A stretch of DNA of 64,000 nt from the IMG/VR virus record IMGVR_UViG_3300047481_001036, one strand, 5' to 3'. A model generated the notes under the pieces. It was given only the letters and a program-made list of their open reading frames with translations, ran no database searches and was not told the origin of the DNA. Positions 51,426-61,920 of this stretch are shown piece after piece (the stretch's first letter is position 1; every line of letters starts with the position of its first letter). The DNA comes from a virus. The position numbers were made by a program, and so were the translations under genes.

Positions 51426-52844
51426 ATGACCAATATTATTCCTATAAAATGTTGTTTAATCCCTTCTCCTACTCCGTCTAAATCGGCTTTGGTAGATATT
51501 TGTATTCGTGGACTAGTTTATCAAAATTCGTCTCATAATATTAAAAATGTATCTGAGTTAGGAAATATTGTTGCTGTATTAAATTACAAAGAATTAAATT
51601 TTATTAGTAGACCATATACTATTAATCTTCCTGGAGTACCAACTACTTTAGATAATAATTTTCAAATTAATTTTTCTGGTCAATTATATATTGATAACGC
51701 AGATTCATACAAATTAAACTTAGTAACAAATCTTAATGCTCAATATTCTATAACAATTGATAATATTATATACAATAATAATACAAATATTTATTTAAAT
51801 CCTGGATTACATTCGATAAGTATTCAGTATGTTCCTGGTAATAGCGATGATATTGAATTAAAAATGTTTTGGAATTCTGTATATACAAATAATACAGATG
51901 TTATTATTCCTTATAGTAATTGGTATTGTTCAGATCCTTTGGCGTCACCCACTCCTACTCCTACGCCCATGCCTCCTAGCGCTACTCCAACAAATACTCC
52001 TACTCCATCTATAACTCCGACTAATACTCTTACTCCTTCAGTAACTCCAACAATAGGCGCTACACCTTCGGTTACTCCTTCTGTTTCCATCACTGCTTCT
52101 ATTACTCCTTCAGTATCTATAACACCATCATTATCTCCTTCTAGAGCCGTACCAATACAAAGCGATCCTACTTTATTAACTCAAGTTGGTGGACAAAATC
52201 ATATAGTATTTAGTTGGGCAGCCCCCGCTAATCCTATAACAACACCACAAGAATATCATGTGCAAATTAATAATACGACTATAGGAATATTAAGTTATAA
52301 TTCTTTTCCTGTTACTGGTTCTAATGTTATAAGAAGTGGTATAATTACAGGATTACAAAATTATAACTCATATGATATAAGAATTGCCGCATACTATCCG
52401 AGCACCCATGTATTTGGAAACCTAGTATATGGCAACACAATATCTTCTATTCCTGTTCCTAATATTCCTGTTGGAGCAGCATCTCAAATATTATCTACTA
52501 AACCTGGATTTAGTGCTATAGAAATAGAATGGGCCGATCCTACATGGGATTATCATTCTTTTAATGCTAATTTCAATACAAATTTTTTTAGAGCAATTCC
52601 TGCTTCTTATGATATTTATTATTCTACAGATAGCGGATTGAGCTGGACTCTGGCTGGAAGTACGGATTGGAGCTTTAGAAAAATTATTATTAGTAATTTA
52701 AATTCAAGTTTAAATTATATTTTTAGACTAGTCACGCATTATTCTATATGGGGCTTTAATTACGGTACAGCTGCTATAAATGCAGGAGAACACCAGTCAA
52801 TAGTCTTTACGAATGATTATGCAACTCCTACTAAGCCCTTATAA
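51426..52844 (+). CDS. PA14-like + PT-repeat + fibronectin type III-like protein (putative virion/surface)
   Basis: F.G.LYI...Y..GLH.I.IQY; PT linker; SWAAP...Y, ITGL..Y.IRI.A, ISNL....Y.FR. Confidence 0.65.
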   Translation: MTNIIPIKCCLIPSPTPSKSALVDICIRGLVYQNSSHNIKNVSELGNIVAVLNYKELNFISRPYTINLPGVPTTLDNNFQINFSGQLYIDNADSYKLNLVTNLNAQYSITIDNIIYNNNTNIYLNPGLHSISIQYVPGNSDDIELKMFWNSVYTNNTDVIIPYSNWYCSDPLASPTPTPTPMPPSATPTNTPTPSITPTNTLTPSVTPTIGATPSVTPSVSITASITPSVSITPSLSPSRAVPIQSDPTLLTQVGGQNHIVFSWAAPANPITTPQEYHVQINNTTIGILSYNSFPVTGSNVIRSGIITGLQNYNSYDIRIAAYYPSTHVFGNLVYGNTISSIPVPNIPVGAASQILSTKPGFSAIEIEWADPTWDYHSFNANFNTNFFRAIPASYDIYYSTDSGLSWTLAGSTDWSFRKIIISNLNSSLNYIFRLVTHYSIWGFNYGTAAINAGEHQSIVFTNDYATPTKPL

Positions 52845-52850
52845 TTGCAT

Positions 52851-53243
52851 ATGTTTTCTATATTTTCTGCACGTTCTTCAGAATGGTCTAAGGTACGAAA
52901 ACTTTTTTTATCAACCAATAATAGCTGTGCTGCCTGCGGTTCTGAAAAAACACTAGAAGTTCATCATATAGAACCTTTTCATGTTAATCCTGATAAAGAA
53001 CTAGATATTACAAATTTAATTACTCTTTGTAAAACTTGTCATTTTATATTTGGACATTTAATGGATTATAATAGTTGGAATATTTCTGTTAGAGAAGACG
53101 CTAAGGTGTATTTAAGTAAGGTAAAAAATAGACCTTATAAAATAAAGAATATGAATTATGAAAACCAAAATAATAATTTGGTTAATAGCATTTTTAGCTA
53201 TTTGTTTACCAGTTTTAGCCGGACTAAGAGATCCAGAAACTGA
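52851..53243 (+). CDS. HNH endonuclease
   Basis: CAACG...LEVHHI.P...NLITLC..CH. Confidence 0.85.
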   Translation: MFSIFSARSSEWSKVRKLFLSTNNSCAACGSEKTLEVHHIEPFHVNPDKELDITNLITLCKTCHFIFGHLMDYNSWNISVREDAKVYLSKVKNRPYKIKNMNYENQNNNLVNSIFSYLFTSFSRTKRSRN

Positions 53244-53919
53244 TGATAGTAAACATCTTGAATTAGCTCAAGAGTACAATTATACAGGGCAAGTTCTAGG
53301 AACGGATAATAGAGATAATCCATGGATGGGTTCTTGTGTAGCTATACATGATCGTATTGTACTAACAGCAGCTCATTTTATGTTTGATGCTAAACACTGT
53401 ACCATAGTTATTAATGATCAAAAAATAAAAGCTATTAGATGGCGAGTACATCAAGATTTTCGTATGCCTATTATAGGTCAAAATGATATAGCAATAGTTT
53501 TAGTAGATAAAAATATTAAACTAAAAACATATCCAGAACTGTATATTGATAAAAACGAAATTAATAAAACTTGTTTTTTAGCCGGTTTTGGGCATCCTGG
53601 TACTTTTATTACTGGAATAACTGATTATGATAATAAGCTTAGAGCAGGATCTAATGTGGTTGACTATATAGATAAAGGAGTGTTGGTTTGCTCACCATCT
53701 AAAACTCATCATAAAACACCTCTAGAATTTTTAATAGCGGCTGGAGACAGCGGAGGAGGGCTCTTTATTGATAAAAAACTAGCTGGCATACACTCTGCTA
53801 TTAGTCAACCAGTAAACCAGAAAAAAGATCTATACTTATTAGAGTCTTATCATACTAGAATTAGTGAACATATTGATTGGATAGAATCAAATAAAACGGC
53901 TTTTTTAAAGGTAAAATAA
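53158..53919 (+). CDS. trypsin-like (S1) serine protease, exported
   Basis: VLTAAH, NDIA, GDSGGGL; signal peptide. Confidence 0.92.
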   Translation: MKTKIIIWLIAFLAICLPVLAGLRDPETDDSKHLELAQEYNYTGQVLGTDNRDNPWMGSCVAIHDRIVLTAAHFMFDAKHCTIVINDQKIKAIRWRVHQDFRMPIIGQNDIAIVLVDKNIKLKTYPELYIDKNEINKTCFLAGFGHPGTFITGITDYDNKLRAGSNVVDYIDKGVLVCSPSKTHHKTPLEFLIAAGDSGGGLFIDKKLAGIHSAISQPVNQKKDLYLLESYHTRISEHIDWIESNKTAFLKVK

Positions 53920-53920
53920 A

Positions 53921-54856
53921 ATGGATTTTTTAAAATTATTTCGTCGTAACAGAGTCTCGCTATTGCCATATATCAGAGAAGATTATTATGGCCTATCTAT
54001 AAATAGTCCACAACAATATGGCTGGGAATTAGAAAAATTTAATATACCAAAAGTATGGAGACAATCTAGAGGAGAAGGAGTTATAGTAGCAGTAATAGAC
54101 ACAGGGTGCGATCTTATGCATCAAGATTTGTTGCCTAATCTTTTACCGGGTAAGAATTTTGTTGATCATAAAAAACCTCCGTCAGATAACGCTGGTCATG
54201 GTACACACGTTTCTTCGACTATTGCTGCTATAGACAATGGTTTTGGTATGGTAGGAGTCGCTCCAGAAACTAAAATTATTCCAGTAAAAGCTCTTGGGGA
54301 TGACGGAACAGGATCATTAAAAGATGTTGCCGACGCTTTATATTGGGTTGCTGATGATACTAATGCTGATTTTATCAGTATGAGCCTAGGATCACCAACT
54401 AATGTAAAAGTTTTAGAAGATGCTATTCGTTATGCCTATAAAAAAGGTAAAATTATATTTTGTGCTGCCGGAAATGCTGGTGAAACATCTGATATTATGT
54501 ATCCTGCTAATTATAGCGATGTAATTTCTATTGGTGCCATAGACGAGAATCTAGATCGTACAAGTTTTACCTGTAGCGGCGACTCATTAGATTTTTTAGC
54601 TCCGGGCCATAATATTTTAGGATGCATACCAGGTAATAGATATGCATTAATGAGCGGAACTAGCATGAGTAACCCTTTTGCTATAGGTTGCGCATCATTG
54701 CTCTTATCCTATAATAAAAAAACTAACAAATATACATTAAAGTCTATAGATGATTATATAAATATTTTTAAAAAGAATGCTATTAGTTTATCTAATCCTA
54801 GATATAAAAATATTAGAAAATATGAAGGATACGGAATAATTAACCCTATTTTTTAA
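53921..54856 (+). CDS. subtilisin-like (S8) serine protease
   Basis: VAVIDTG, GHGTHV, AAGN, SGTSMS. Confidence 0.93.
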   Translation: MDFLKLFRRNRVSLLPYIREDYYGLSINSPQQYGWELEKFNIPKVWRQSRGEGVIVAVIDTGCDLMHQDLLPNLLPGKNFVDHKKPPSDNAGHGTHVSSTIAAIDNGFGMVGVAPETKIIPVKALGDDGTGSLKDVADALYWVADDTNADFISMSLGSPTNVKVLEDAIRYAYKKGKIIFCAAGNAGETSDIMYPANYSDVISIGAIDENLDRTSFTCSGDSLDFLAPGHNILGCIPGNRYALMSGTSMSNPFAIGCASLLLSYNKKTNKYTLKSIDDYINIFKKNAISLSNPRYKNIRKYEGYGIINPIF

Positions 54857-55208
54857 TTTCGGTATCTATATCAGGAGGGGATTCTGTATATTTTTTTTCT
54901 ATTTTATTTAAAGCTTTTCTATATGCTTTTAAATTTTTAGTATTATATAGTCTAGATAGTTTATTTAAATCTTTCTTGAGTTCTGGAGGACAAGGATAAT
55001 CATGTGATTCACTCGTATCCTCTTCTGGTGGGGCCATATACTTATAGTTATTGACTGATGCATAAGTATGGGCTTCTACAAAGTTTGTTAAGGTATGATC
55101 TAGACTCATAGCAGAATAATTAGGATATGCTGACTGAGCGAAGCACGAGTTAGTACTATAAAAACTTAATAAAATTAAGAAAATAGCAATGAAATATTTT
55201 GTATACAT
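54846..55208 (-). CDS. hypothetical exported protein
   Basis: Signal-peptide-like N-terminus; last gene of the minus-strand block. Confidence 0.6.
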   Translation of the reverse strand: MYTKYFIAIFLILLSFYSTNSCFAQSAYPNYSAMSLDHTLTNFVEAHTYASVNNYKYMAPPEEDTSESHDYPCPPELKKDLNKLSRLYNTKNLKAYRKALNKIEKKYTESPPDIDTEIKK

Positions 55209-55210
55209 AA

Positions 55211-55984
55211 TTATCTTTCTAAGTATCCTAGTTTAAAAAAGTTTGATATATTGGTTTCTGATATTTGTTGAAATTCTTGAGAATCTCTAAATACATTACA
55301 ACCACCACGTTCGGCAGGAACATGACCGACAACAGGAAAAGATTCTACTCTAGGAGTAAAATCACTATCTCCTGGATATGACAAAACAATTTTTTGAATA
55401 TTTCTATATCCCATATAAGCAGATAAAAGCTCATCGTCTCTCCATGTTTTGCCCAAGAAATTACTAATAAAATCAGGTAAGTCAAAAAATTTACGTAAAT
55501 ATGATACGGTCTTATACCCCTCCAAAACTTTAACATATGTATCCTTTGCTAAAGTGGTACAAAAGTGGCACGATCCGTCAAGAGATGCCATACCAGCAAA
55601 ACCTATAGCACATTCAGGATATTTTAATCTAGCATCCACATGAGCCTGCACCATACCATCCATATAGTATAGATCATCATCAGCAACAATAATTAAGGTA
55701 TCAGGATCATCAAGTCTATCTAATGTTGGTAAAATTTTGGTGATAGAACCATAGTCTATTGTTCTAAATATTTTTAGATGATTATATTCTTTACTCATAT
55801 GTTCTAACCATGTTGGTATTTCAATATCAGATCCTCTATATTCATTTGGAACATTAAAATGCACTTCATATGGTATAGAAACTTTTTGAGATAGAATAGT
55901 TTTTAAAGATTCTCTGGCTGTAGAGTGTCCATTTCTTTCTTCTAATCTATTAGGGACGCTTGTTAGTGTAACTATAATATTCAT
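55211..55984 (-). CDS. GT-A fold glycosyltransferase-like
   Basis: VTLTSVPNR, DYGSITK, VADDDLYY, WRDDE. Confidence 0.75.
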   Translation of the reverse strand: MNIIVTLTSVPNRLEERNGHSTARESLKTILSQKVSIPYEVHFNVPNEYRGSDIEIPTWLEHMSKEYNHLKIFRTIDYGSITKILPTLDRLDDPDTLIIVADDDLYYMDGMVQAHVDARLKYPECAIGFAGMASLDGSCHFCTTLAKDTYVKVLEGYKTVSYLRKFFDLPDFISNFLGKTWRDDELLSAYMGYRNIQKIVLSYPGDSDFTPRVESFPVVGHVPAERGGCNVFRDSQEFQQISETNISNFFKLGYLER

Positions 55985-56823
55985 AGTTGTATGATTCCTT
56001 GATCTTGTTTCATTACTTGTGAGAATACTGGATGATTCCATATATCCGTATTAGATTGTGCTCTCCATCTATTACATCCACTATAACTATCATATGGTAA
56101 GGGTTTTACTATAGGAAAACTATAAGATCCTCGACCATCATGATTTACCGGCCTATAGTCAACTTCGTCTTCATAAGTTGCACATAAATAGAAGAAATGA
56201 TTTTTCCATCCATAATATCCCATTAGGATATCATTATTCCAAGTCATAGACAAAAAATTAGGGTCTAATAGATCAGATTTAAGAAGTTTCTTTCTATATG
56301 ATACGGAGTGCCAGTGGTCAGGAAATCTAAGATAGATATCTTTTGGCGTAGGAAACAGTACGCAACTATTATATAGCTTTCCTACTTTGGTGGAATCTTG
56401 ATACCATGTACGCATTTCTTTGGGGTCATTACCTCTAAAACATATACAATGATTATCTGGATATTCTTGTAGTTTCTTCATATGGTATTCTACCATATCA
56501 CAATGATATAAATGATCATCATCACATACAATCAAAATATCATCATCACTCATATTTACTAATTGTATGGGATACAAGATATTTGTAATTGGTCCATAGT
56601 CTATATCGCTTCTAAGAATATTTATATTATTATCTTGATCTATTATATTTAATAACCATTCAGGAATAGAAAATTCTTCATAATTAATAAATTTATTAGG
56701 AATACAAAGTAATATTTTATATTCATAACTAGTTTTTTGATTTCTTAAAGCATTAAGACACTGCTCAAAGCTGTCTTTTAAAGCTATTCTGTCTGGTAGA
56801 CAACATAATGATATATAGATCAT
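55981..56823 (-). CDS. GT-A fold glycosyltransferase-like (paralog of 55211-55984)
   Basis: ISLCCLPDR, DYGPIT, VCDDDHLY, WNNDI. Confidence 0.75.
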   Translation of the reverse strand: MIYISLCCLPDRIALKDSFEQCLNALRNQKTSYEYKILLCIPNKFINYEEFSIPEWLLNIIDQDNNINILRSDIDYGPITNILYPIQLVNMSDDDILIVCDDDHLYHCDMVEYHMKKLQEYPDNHCICFRGNDPKEMRTWYQDSTKVGKLYNSCVLFPTPKDIYLRFPDHWHSVSYRKKLLKSDLLDPNFLSMTWNNDILMGYYGWKNHFFYLCATYEDEVDYRPVNHDGRGSYSFPIVKPLPYDSYSGCNRWRAQSNTDIWNHPVFSQVMKQDQGIIQL

Positions 56824-57560
56824 ATAGAATTCACCCAATATAAATCAATATCCGGAGCATCTGGTTTATTAGAAGTGTCTAATCCTAGAATAGGGAATTT
56901 AGTATAATCTACACATAAATTATCTACTATATGTTTAGAGACAAAAGATAATTCTAATACATGAGGAAAGTTTTTAACAATAACTGAATTATCAGAATTA
57001 GGTATTAGATTTAAGTCAAAAGTTCCGCCCCAAGAATTGCCGTGTATATGAAATAAGACTAAATTTTTAAAATTTTCTTGTATAAGTTTTACTAACTTAC
57101 CTCTATTCTGTTCTGAATGCAAATCATGTACTTCTAAAATTAAACCAGTTAGATTAGTATCAGGATAAAAATTATCAAAGATAGAATATTCTGCTCCTTC
57201 AATATCAACCTTTAACAAAACATTACGTTTGTAATCTGCTATAACATTAATAGGTATATCTTTTTCTTTAAAACCAACATTATTATGAACATAGAAAATA
57301 TTTTTATTAATTCTATCTGGGAATTTATGACAAATATTATTACAAGGATAGGTTCCGTCGTAAGCTTCTATTACAGAATTCGGATATTGTGCTGCCCATT
57401 GAAGTTCAAAAGCATCCTCTCCTCCGATTCCTACAGATATTAATCTTTCTGTATTATCTAATATAGCTTGATTGAGAATGTATCCACCATCATTTGGATT
57501 GCCTAATCTTAGCTTAGGGGAACCAACATCATATACAGATAAAGCTTGTAAAAAACCCAT
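56820..57560 (-). CDS. FkbM-like methyltransferase
   Basis: RLG..NDGGY, SVGIG, LLKVDIEGAE, ILEVH, FHIHGN. Confidence 0.8.
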   Translation of the reverse strand: MGFLQALSVYDVGSPKLRLGNPNDGGYILNQAILDNTERLISVGIGGEDAFELQWAAQYPNSVIEAYDGTYPCNNICHKFPDRINKNIFYVHNNVGFKEKDIPINVIADYKRNVLLKVDIEGAEYSIFDNFYPDTNLTGLILEVHDLHSEQNRGKLVKLIQENFKNLVLFHIHGNSWGGTFDLNLIPNSDNSVIVKNFPHVLELSFVSKHIVDNLCVDYTKFPILGLDTSNKPDAPDIDLYWVNSI

Positions 57561-57583
57561 TGTTATTACTTTCTATAATAGTA

Positions 57584-58864
57584 TTATAAATACCCTGTTA
57601 TCGGATCAGCCCAGCCTTTGCTTAAACTATGAGGCCAAACTATCCAACTTATAGGTTTAGAGTCTGTCTGAAATTCTCTCCATACCTTACAATATCCATC
57701 AGGATCTTGTTTCATTCTAATTATCTCATCTTTATCTGCATCTTTACGATAAATATCATTACCATCAGAATCTTTAAATGCTACAGCCCAGAAATCGTAA
57801 TCGTTTTCCGGAACCTGTCCGTATTGTATATCAATACAGTGCTTAAAAATCCTCAATAATTGTTTATCAAATTCTTCATCAGATAAATGTGATGTGTCTG
57901 GATCTGGTGGAGGTTTGTTATCTTTAACTCTTTTTTGTATGGCTCTTTTAGCAAATGAGAGTCCGGAGTATTTTTCATAATCTCTTAGGGTTCTTACTGT
58001 ACCAAAACCGTATATACCAAAATCTATATCATTAATTTCTCCATCCATTCCAAATAATTTTCGATTACGTAAATGACATGTATTATTTCTTTCAACCCAT
58101 TTACCATCATCATCCCATTGTTTAGATCTACCTTTTCGAGTATATTCGTGCCAACAAATAACTTTATTAGGATGGAATAGATCATATCCGTGAGTATAAG
58201 CTCTAGCAGCGATACTAATTTCTTCACCATGAAAATAATAATTAGGATCATGCTTTACTTCTTTACAGAACTGCCCAACAGTAAAAGCAAAATGAGCGCT
58301 ATAAAATCTAGCGGGTAATGGTTGTGACTTATCTTCCCATTGATCAAAAGAAGCTGGTAGAAAAAATACTGCACCCTCTGGAATAAACCTGTCAAAATTC
58401 ATTTTCCAAGGCTCTTGTACACGCATAGCGGGATCATTATCAGGATCAAAGCTAGGAATATATGCGGTTAATAATGGTTTTTCGTGTCCTTTGTTTTGTA
58501 GATCAGTCAACATTAGAATTAATTCTGAGTCCCAGTTCTCTACGAATCTGTGGTGACTATCCAGTTGAAGAGTATATTTCTCATCTTTATATAGTGATTG
58601 CACTAGGTTTCTAGCCCAGCATACTCCTTGACTGTCCTTATAATCAATATCTATAATTCTAAATCTATCATCTTGTTTAAATTCATCCAGATTGTCCCAC
58701 TCGTCACTAGGAGAATGTTGCCATGCTATACCTATTCTGAGATTTTCTGGATTTTTAGCTTTATCCAGCATATCTCTTAGCGTAGGCAATAGTTGAGGGT
58801 CTCTATACGCAGCTATTTGTATAAAAATAGTATCGTTAGCTTTCTTTTCTATCTTTTCCGTCAT
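57584..58864 (-). CDS. GT60 polypeptide GlcNAc-transferase (Skp1 GlcNAcT-like)
   Basis: TIFIQIAAYRD, GVCWAR, LQLDSHHRF..WD, F.GEEI...RAYTHGYD.FHP. Confidence 0.85.
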   Translation of the reverse strand: MTEKIEKKANDTIFIQIAAYRDPQLLPTLRDMLDKAKNPENLRIGIAWQHSPSDEWDNLDEFKQDDRFRIIDIDYKDSQGVCWARNLVQSLYKDEKYTLQLDSHHRFVENWDSELILMLTDLQNKGHEKPLLTAYIPSFDPDNDPAMRVQEPWKMNFDRFIPEGAVFFLPASFDQWEDKSQPLPARFYSAHFAFTVGQFCKEVKHDPNYYFHGEEISIAARAYTHGYDLFHPNKVICWHEYTRKGRSKQWDDDGKWVERNNTCHLRNRKLFGMDGEINDIDFGIYGFGTVRTLRDYEKYSGLSFAKRAIQKRVKDNKPPPDPDTSHLSDEEFDKQLLRIFKHCIDIQYGQVPENDYDFWAVAFKDSDGNDIYRKDADKDEIIRMKQDPDGYCKVWREFQTDSKPISWIVWPHSLSKGWADPITGYL

Positions 58865-60494
58865 AAAAATGTACTCTATTATGTGTGATGGGACTACCTA
58901 AAATAATTGCTGGTCTAACTTGATTAGTAATTGTTAGAGTATATATATGACTCATCCAGGTTTGCTCATACGGACGAGCCCATGTTGTGTCTAGAAACAA
59001 TTTTTGGTTACCTTCTTGGTCTATAATATGCGGCCAGTTAGAATAGTAAATCTCTCCTTCAGCATAAGGCATACCGTTAATAGATTTAATTTCACTAAAT
59101 TTTGTATTGGGTTTTTTGTTGATATTTCCAAAATATTCCAACTTTTTATCTGATGGTAAATTATGCCAGCTCCATTGTTCTCCATTATGACCATAAAATT
59201 CACTAAAGCTAAATTTTAAAAAATCATACGATTCTTTATTCATTAAGGCTATTACTTTATCATAAAAACTAGGAATAGATTTTCTAAATCCAAACGGACA
59301 ACATAAAGAAGACATATCTAATAACATATCATCTTCAAAGAACATCATATATTTAGCGCCATAATTCGCAAAATGTTCAGCAGCAAACTGTCGGCCTCCG
59401 CACACTCCTAAATTTCCCTGCTTGATCTGTTCTATAAAACCATATTCTGTACAAATTTGATCATATTTATCAAATAATGTAGTATCAGTAGAATTATTAA
59501 TGAGAATTTTTTTGGTTTTTGTTAAGAAATTATGGTCGTGCTGTTGAAAACTTTGTAAAACCATTAGTAATTGTTCTGGAGAATTAAATGTATTTATATA
59601 TAATAATACATCATTATTTTTATGGTTTTTACGACTAGCTGGTTTTTTACCAGAAAGTTCTAAATTATTATTTTTTACATTTTCAAAGAATGTAGACAAT
59701 AATCCATCAGAATTAATAGATGCAAATCTATAGATATCTGGATCAAGATAGGTCATTATAGTAAATATACTCTCTTCTGTACCCATTAAGCCGCCGTTAA
59801 TGGTATCATTAAGCAATGAGTAATAAACTTCATTAGCTTGAGATATACTGTCTATATGTCCACCAAAAAAACCTCCTCTAGCGACCCTGTTAACATCATT
59901 AGACCTACAATATTCTCTCATTTTAAGAATATTAAATCCATGAATTTCAGTATCTGGCTGATATGGAAAACAAACAAATAAAAACGAGTTTAGATTTGAT
60001 ACAATTTTATCTAAAACTTTATCATGACCAAAATATCCAGGATGAACAGTATTAGCTATACCACCATCTATCCAAAACATGTAATCACTACTAAAAGGAT
60101 TAAATATCTTAGCATTATGCAGCAAAAACATTTTGCTCATAACCATAGGATTATAAAAAGGTAATCTTGCTTGGGTACTATCTCTTAACCATCCTGCTTG
60201 GTCTAACCAACCTTCATTGGTCCTAATATCTTGTATTTTATCAAAAAATGGAAAAAAAGATCCACTAAAATCATCTTTAGAATGATGATAAACAGCAGTA
60301 TTAGACCTGTCTCTATGTTCCCACACTAAAGACTCGTGCTCTTTATCAATAAAGATAATTAAATTAATGTCTTTTGTTGATTGTAGCAGAGATATAAAGT
60401 TTTGTAGGTAGTGTTCAAAAGACCTACTCCACCCTTCAGATAAAGAGCCCCTACCAAGATCCCATAATCCTGTCACTAAAGTATAATTAGACAT
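58836..60494 (-). CDS. HtrL/WlaTC-like glycosyltransferase fused to a GT2-like domain
   Basis: TLVTGLWDLGR, YNP..MSK, NPF.S....WIDGG, GGFFGG; second domain N.G..GGR, FFEDD. Confidence 0.75.
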   Translation of the reverse strand: MSNYTLVTGLWDLGRGSLSEGWSRSFEHYLQNFISLLQSTKDINLIIFIDKEHESLVWEHRDRSNTAVYHHSKDDFSGSFFPFFDKIQDIRTNEGWLDQAGWLRDSTQARLPFYNPMVMSKMFLLHNAKIFNPFSSDYMFWIDGGIANTVHPGYFGHDKVLDKIVSNLNSFLFVCFPYQPDTEIHGFNILKMREYCRSNDVNRVARGGFFGGHIDSISQANEVYYSLLNDTINGGLMGTEESIFTIMTYLDPDIYRFASINSDGLLSTFFENVKNNNLELSGKKPASRKNHKNNDVLLYINTFNSPEQLLMVLQSFQQHDHNFLTKTKKILINNSTDTTLFDKYDQICTEYGFIEQIKQGNLGVCGGRQFAAEHFANYGAKYMMFFEDDMLLDMSSLCCPFGFRKSIPSFYDKVIALMNKESYDFLKFSFSEFYGHNGEQWSWHNLPSDKKLEYFGNINKKPNTKFSEIKSINGMPYAEGEIYYSNWPHIIDQEGNQKLFLDTTWARPYEQTWMSHIYTLTITNQVRPAIILGSPITHNRVHFYDGKDRKES

Positions 60495-60588
60495 AGAAGC
60501 CCTAGAGTAAGATATTAACCACACCACCTGCATAATATATAATCCATTACGAGACCTTTGTCAACTGTTGTATTTTTTAAAAAACTGG

Positions 60589-60616
60589 TTGACACGATCC
60601 CATGAGATCATATAAT
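60589..60616 (+). promoter_or_regulatory. sigma70-type promoter
   Basis: TTGACA-16nt-TATAAT in a divergent intergenic region. Confidence 0.75.
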
Positions 60617-60654
60617 ACAGTAGTTGTTCACTTTTATATACTTTTTTAGAAACC

Positions 60655-61331
60655 ATGTCAAAACAAGAAGATTTTCAGGATCGTAAGAATAACAGAAGAG
60701 ATAAGCTCAATAAGAGCAAAACCTCTAAACATAAGACAAATTACGAAGACGAAGACATCAAGCAGCATAAAATAAAAAAAGAAATCAAAAAGATAAAAGA
60801 GAGCTATCAAGACGAAGAATGGGAAGATTGGGACAATTATTATAATCACTAATATGCAATATCTTGAAGAATTAGTTGCCGGTGATTGTTTTGAAGCTGA
60901 AATTGGTAGTTTTATTGTTACTACGGACTTCAAGAAAAATGGCCAGAGATTATGTATAAATCTAAAAAGTGGCATATCACGATGGCTAGAATCAAATCAT
61001 CTAATTGAAAAATTAGATATATTTAAACTAGATAAAGAAAATAATATAATAGCCATTAAGGAAAGAACAAAAACTACCAATGATACGTCTACGAATACTA
61101 ACATTTCTTAAATCATTGTGGTTTCATGTCTATAATGGATTTCCAAAATCCACTAAGGATGAAATTATTTATAGATATAATATATGTTTATCTTGTGAAT
61201 ATTTTAATCAAAAAAAATCAGAATGTAATGTTTGCGGATGTAATATTAATAATAAAAGTGTTTTTCTAAATAAATTAGCGTGGGCTGATCAAGAATGTCC
61301 AAAAAATAAATGGCCGAAAATTAATAGGTGA
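60655..61331 (+). other. hypothetical ORFs (60655-60852, 60854-61111, 61080-61331 Cys-rich)
   Basis: Co-oriented ORFs; the last has R..IC..C...C..CGC...K.....CP..KW. Confidence 0.7.
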
Positions 61332-61335
61332 TATT

Positions 61336-61920
61336 ATGGTAAAAATGTCTCATAAAAATCATAGCCTTCATAATACTTTTATGTATTCTAATCATAATTT
61401 GTTTGAAACAGTCTATAATAGAGTAAAAGCCAAAGAGAAAGGCTGTACTGTTTTGATTCCTCATGTATGTAATAATGTAGATTCATTCGGCGCAGGATTT
61501 GCCGCTCAAATTGCTGAGCATTTTCCTTCCGTAAAAGCTGATTACCACCTATTAGGAAAAAATTTCTTAAAAGCCAATCTAGGATATGCGCAAATATTAA
61601 CAGTATATGAAGAACCTAAATATAAACATAAAATACATGTTGTTAATATGATAGCACAAAATGGTATCAAATCATCCTCTAATCCTAGACCGTTAAATTA
61701 TTGTGCATTAGTCAAAAGCATGGCTAAAGTAAATATGTTTATCAATATGAATACTGGTTTTATGAAAAATACAGAAAGTGTAGAAATTCATACTCCTAAA
61801 TTTGGTAGTGGTCTAGCTGGGGGTAATTGGTCTTTTATAAGTGATCTTATTGACGATATATGGGGTAAGTATTTCGTTACGGTTTATAACTATAATCCTA
61901 AAGCAAATGAAAAAAAATAA
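61336..61920 (+). CDS. macro domain (ADP-ribose processing) protein
   Basis: IPHVCNN...GAGFAAQI, VNMIAQ, PKFGSGLAGGNW. Confidence 0.85.
   Translation: MVKMSHKNHSLHNTFMYSNHNLFETVYNRVKAKEKGCTVLIPHVCNNVDSFGAGFAAQIAEHFPSVKADYHLLGKNFLKANLGYAQILTVYEEPKYKHKIHVVNMIAQNGIKSSSNPRPLNYCALVKSMAKVNMFINMNTGFMKNTESVEIHTPKFGSGLAGGNWSFISDLIDDIWGKYFVTVYNYNPKANEKK

Noticed and set aside
60534-60564. Minus-strand sigma70 promoter for the GT block
   Set aside because: TTGACA is present, but no good -10 lies at 16-18 nt spacing.
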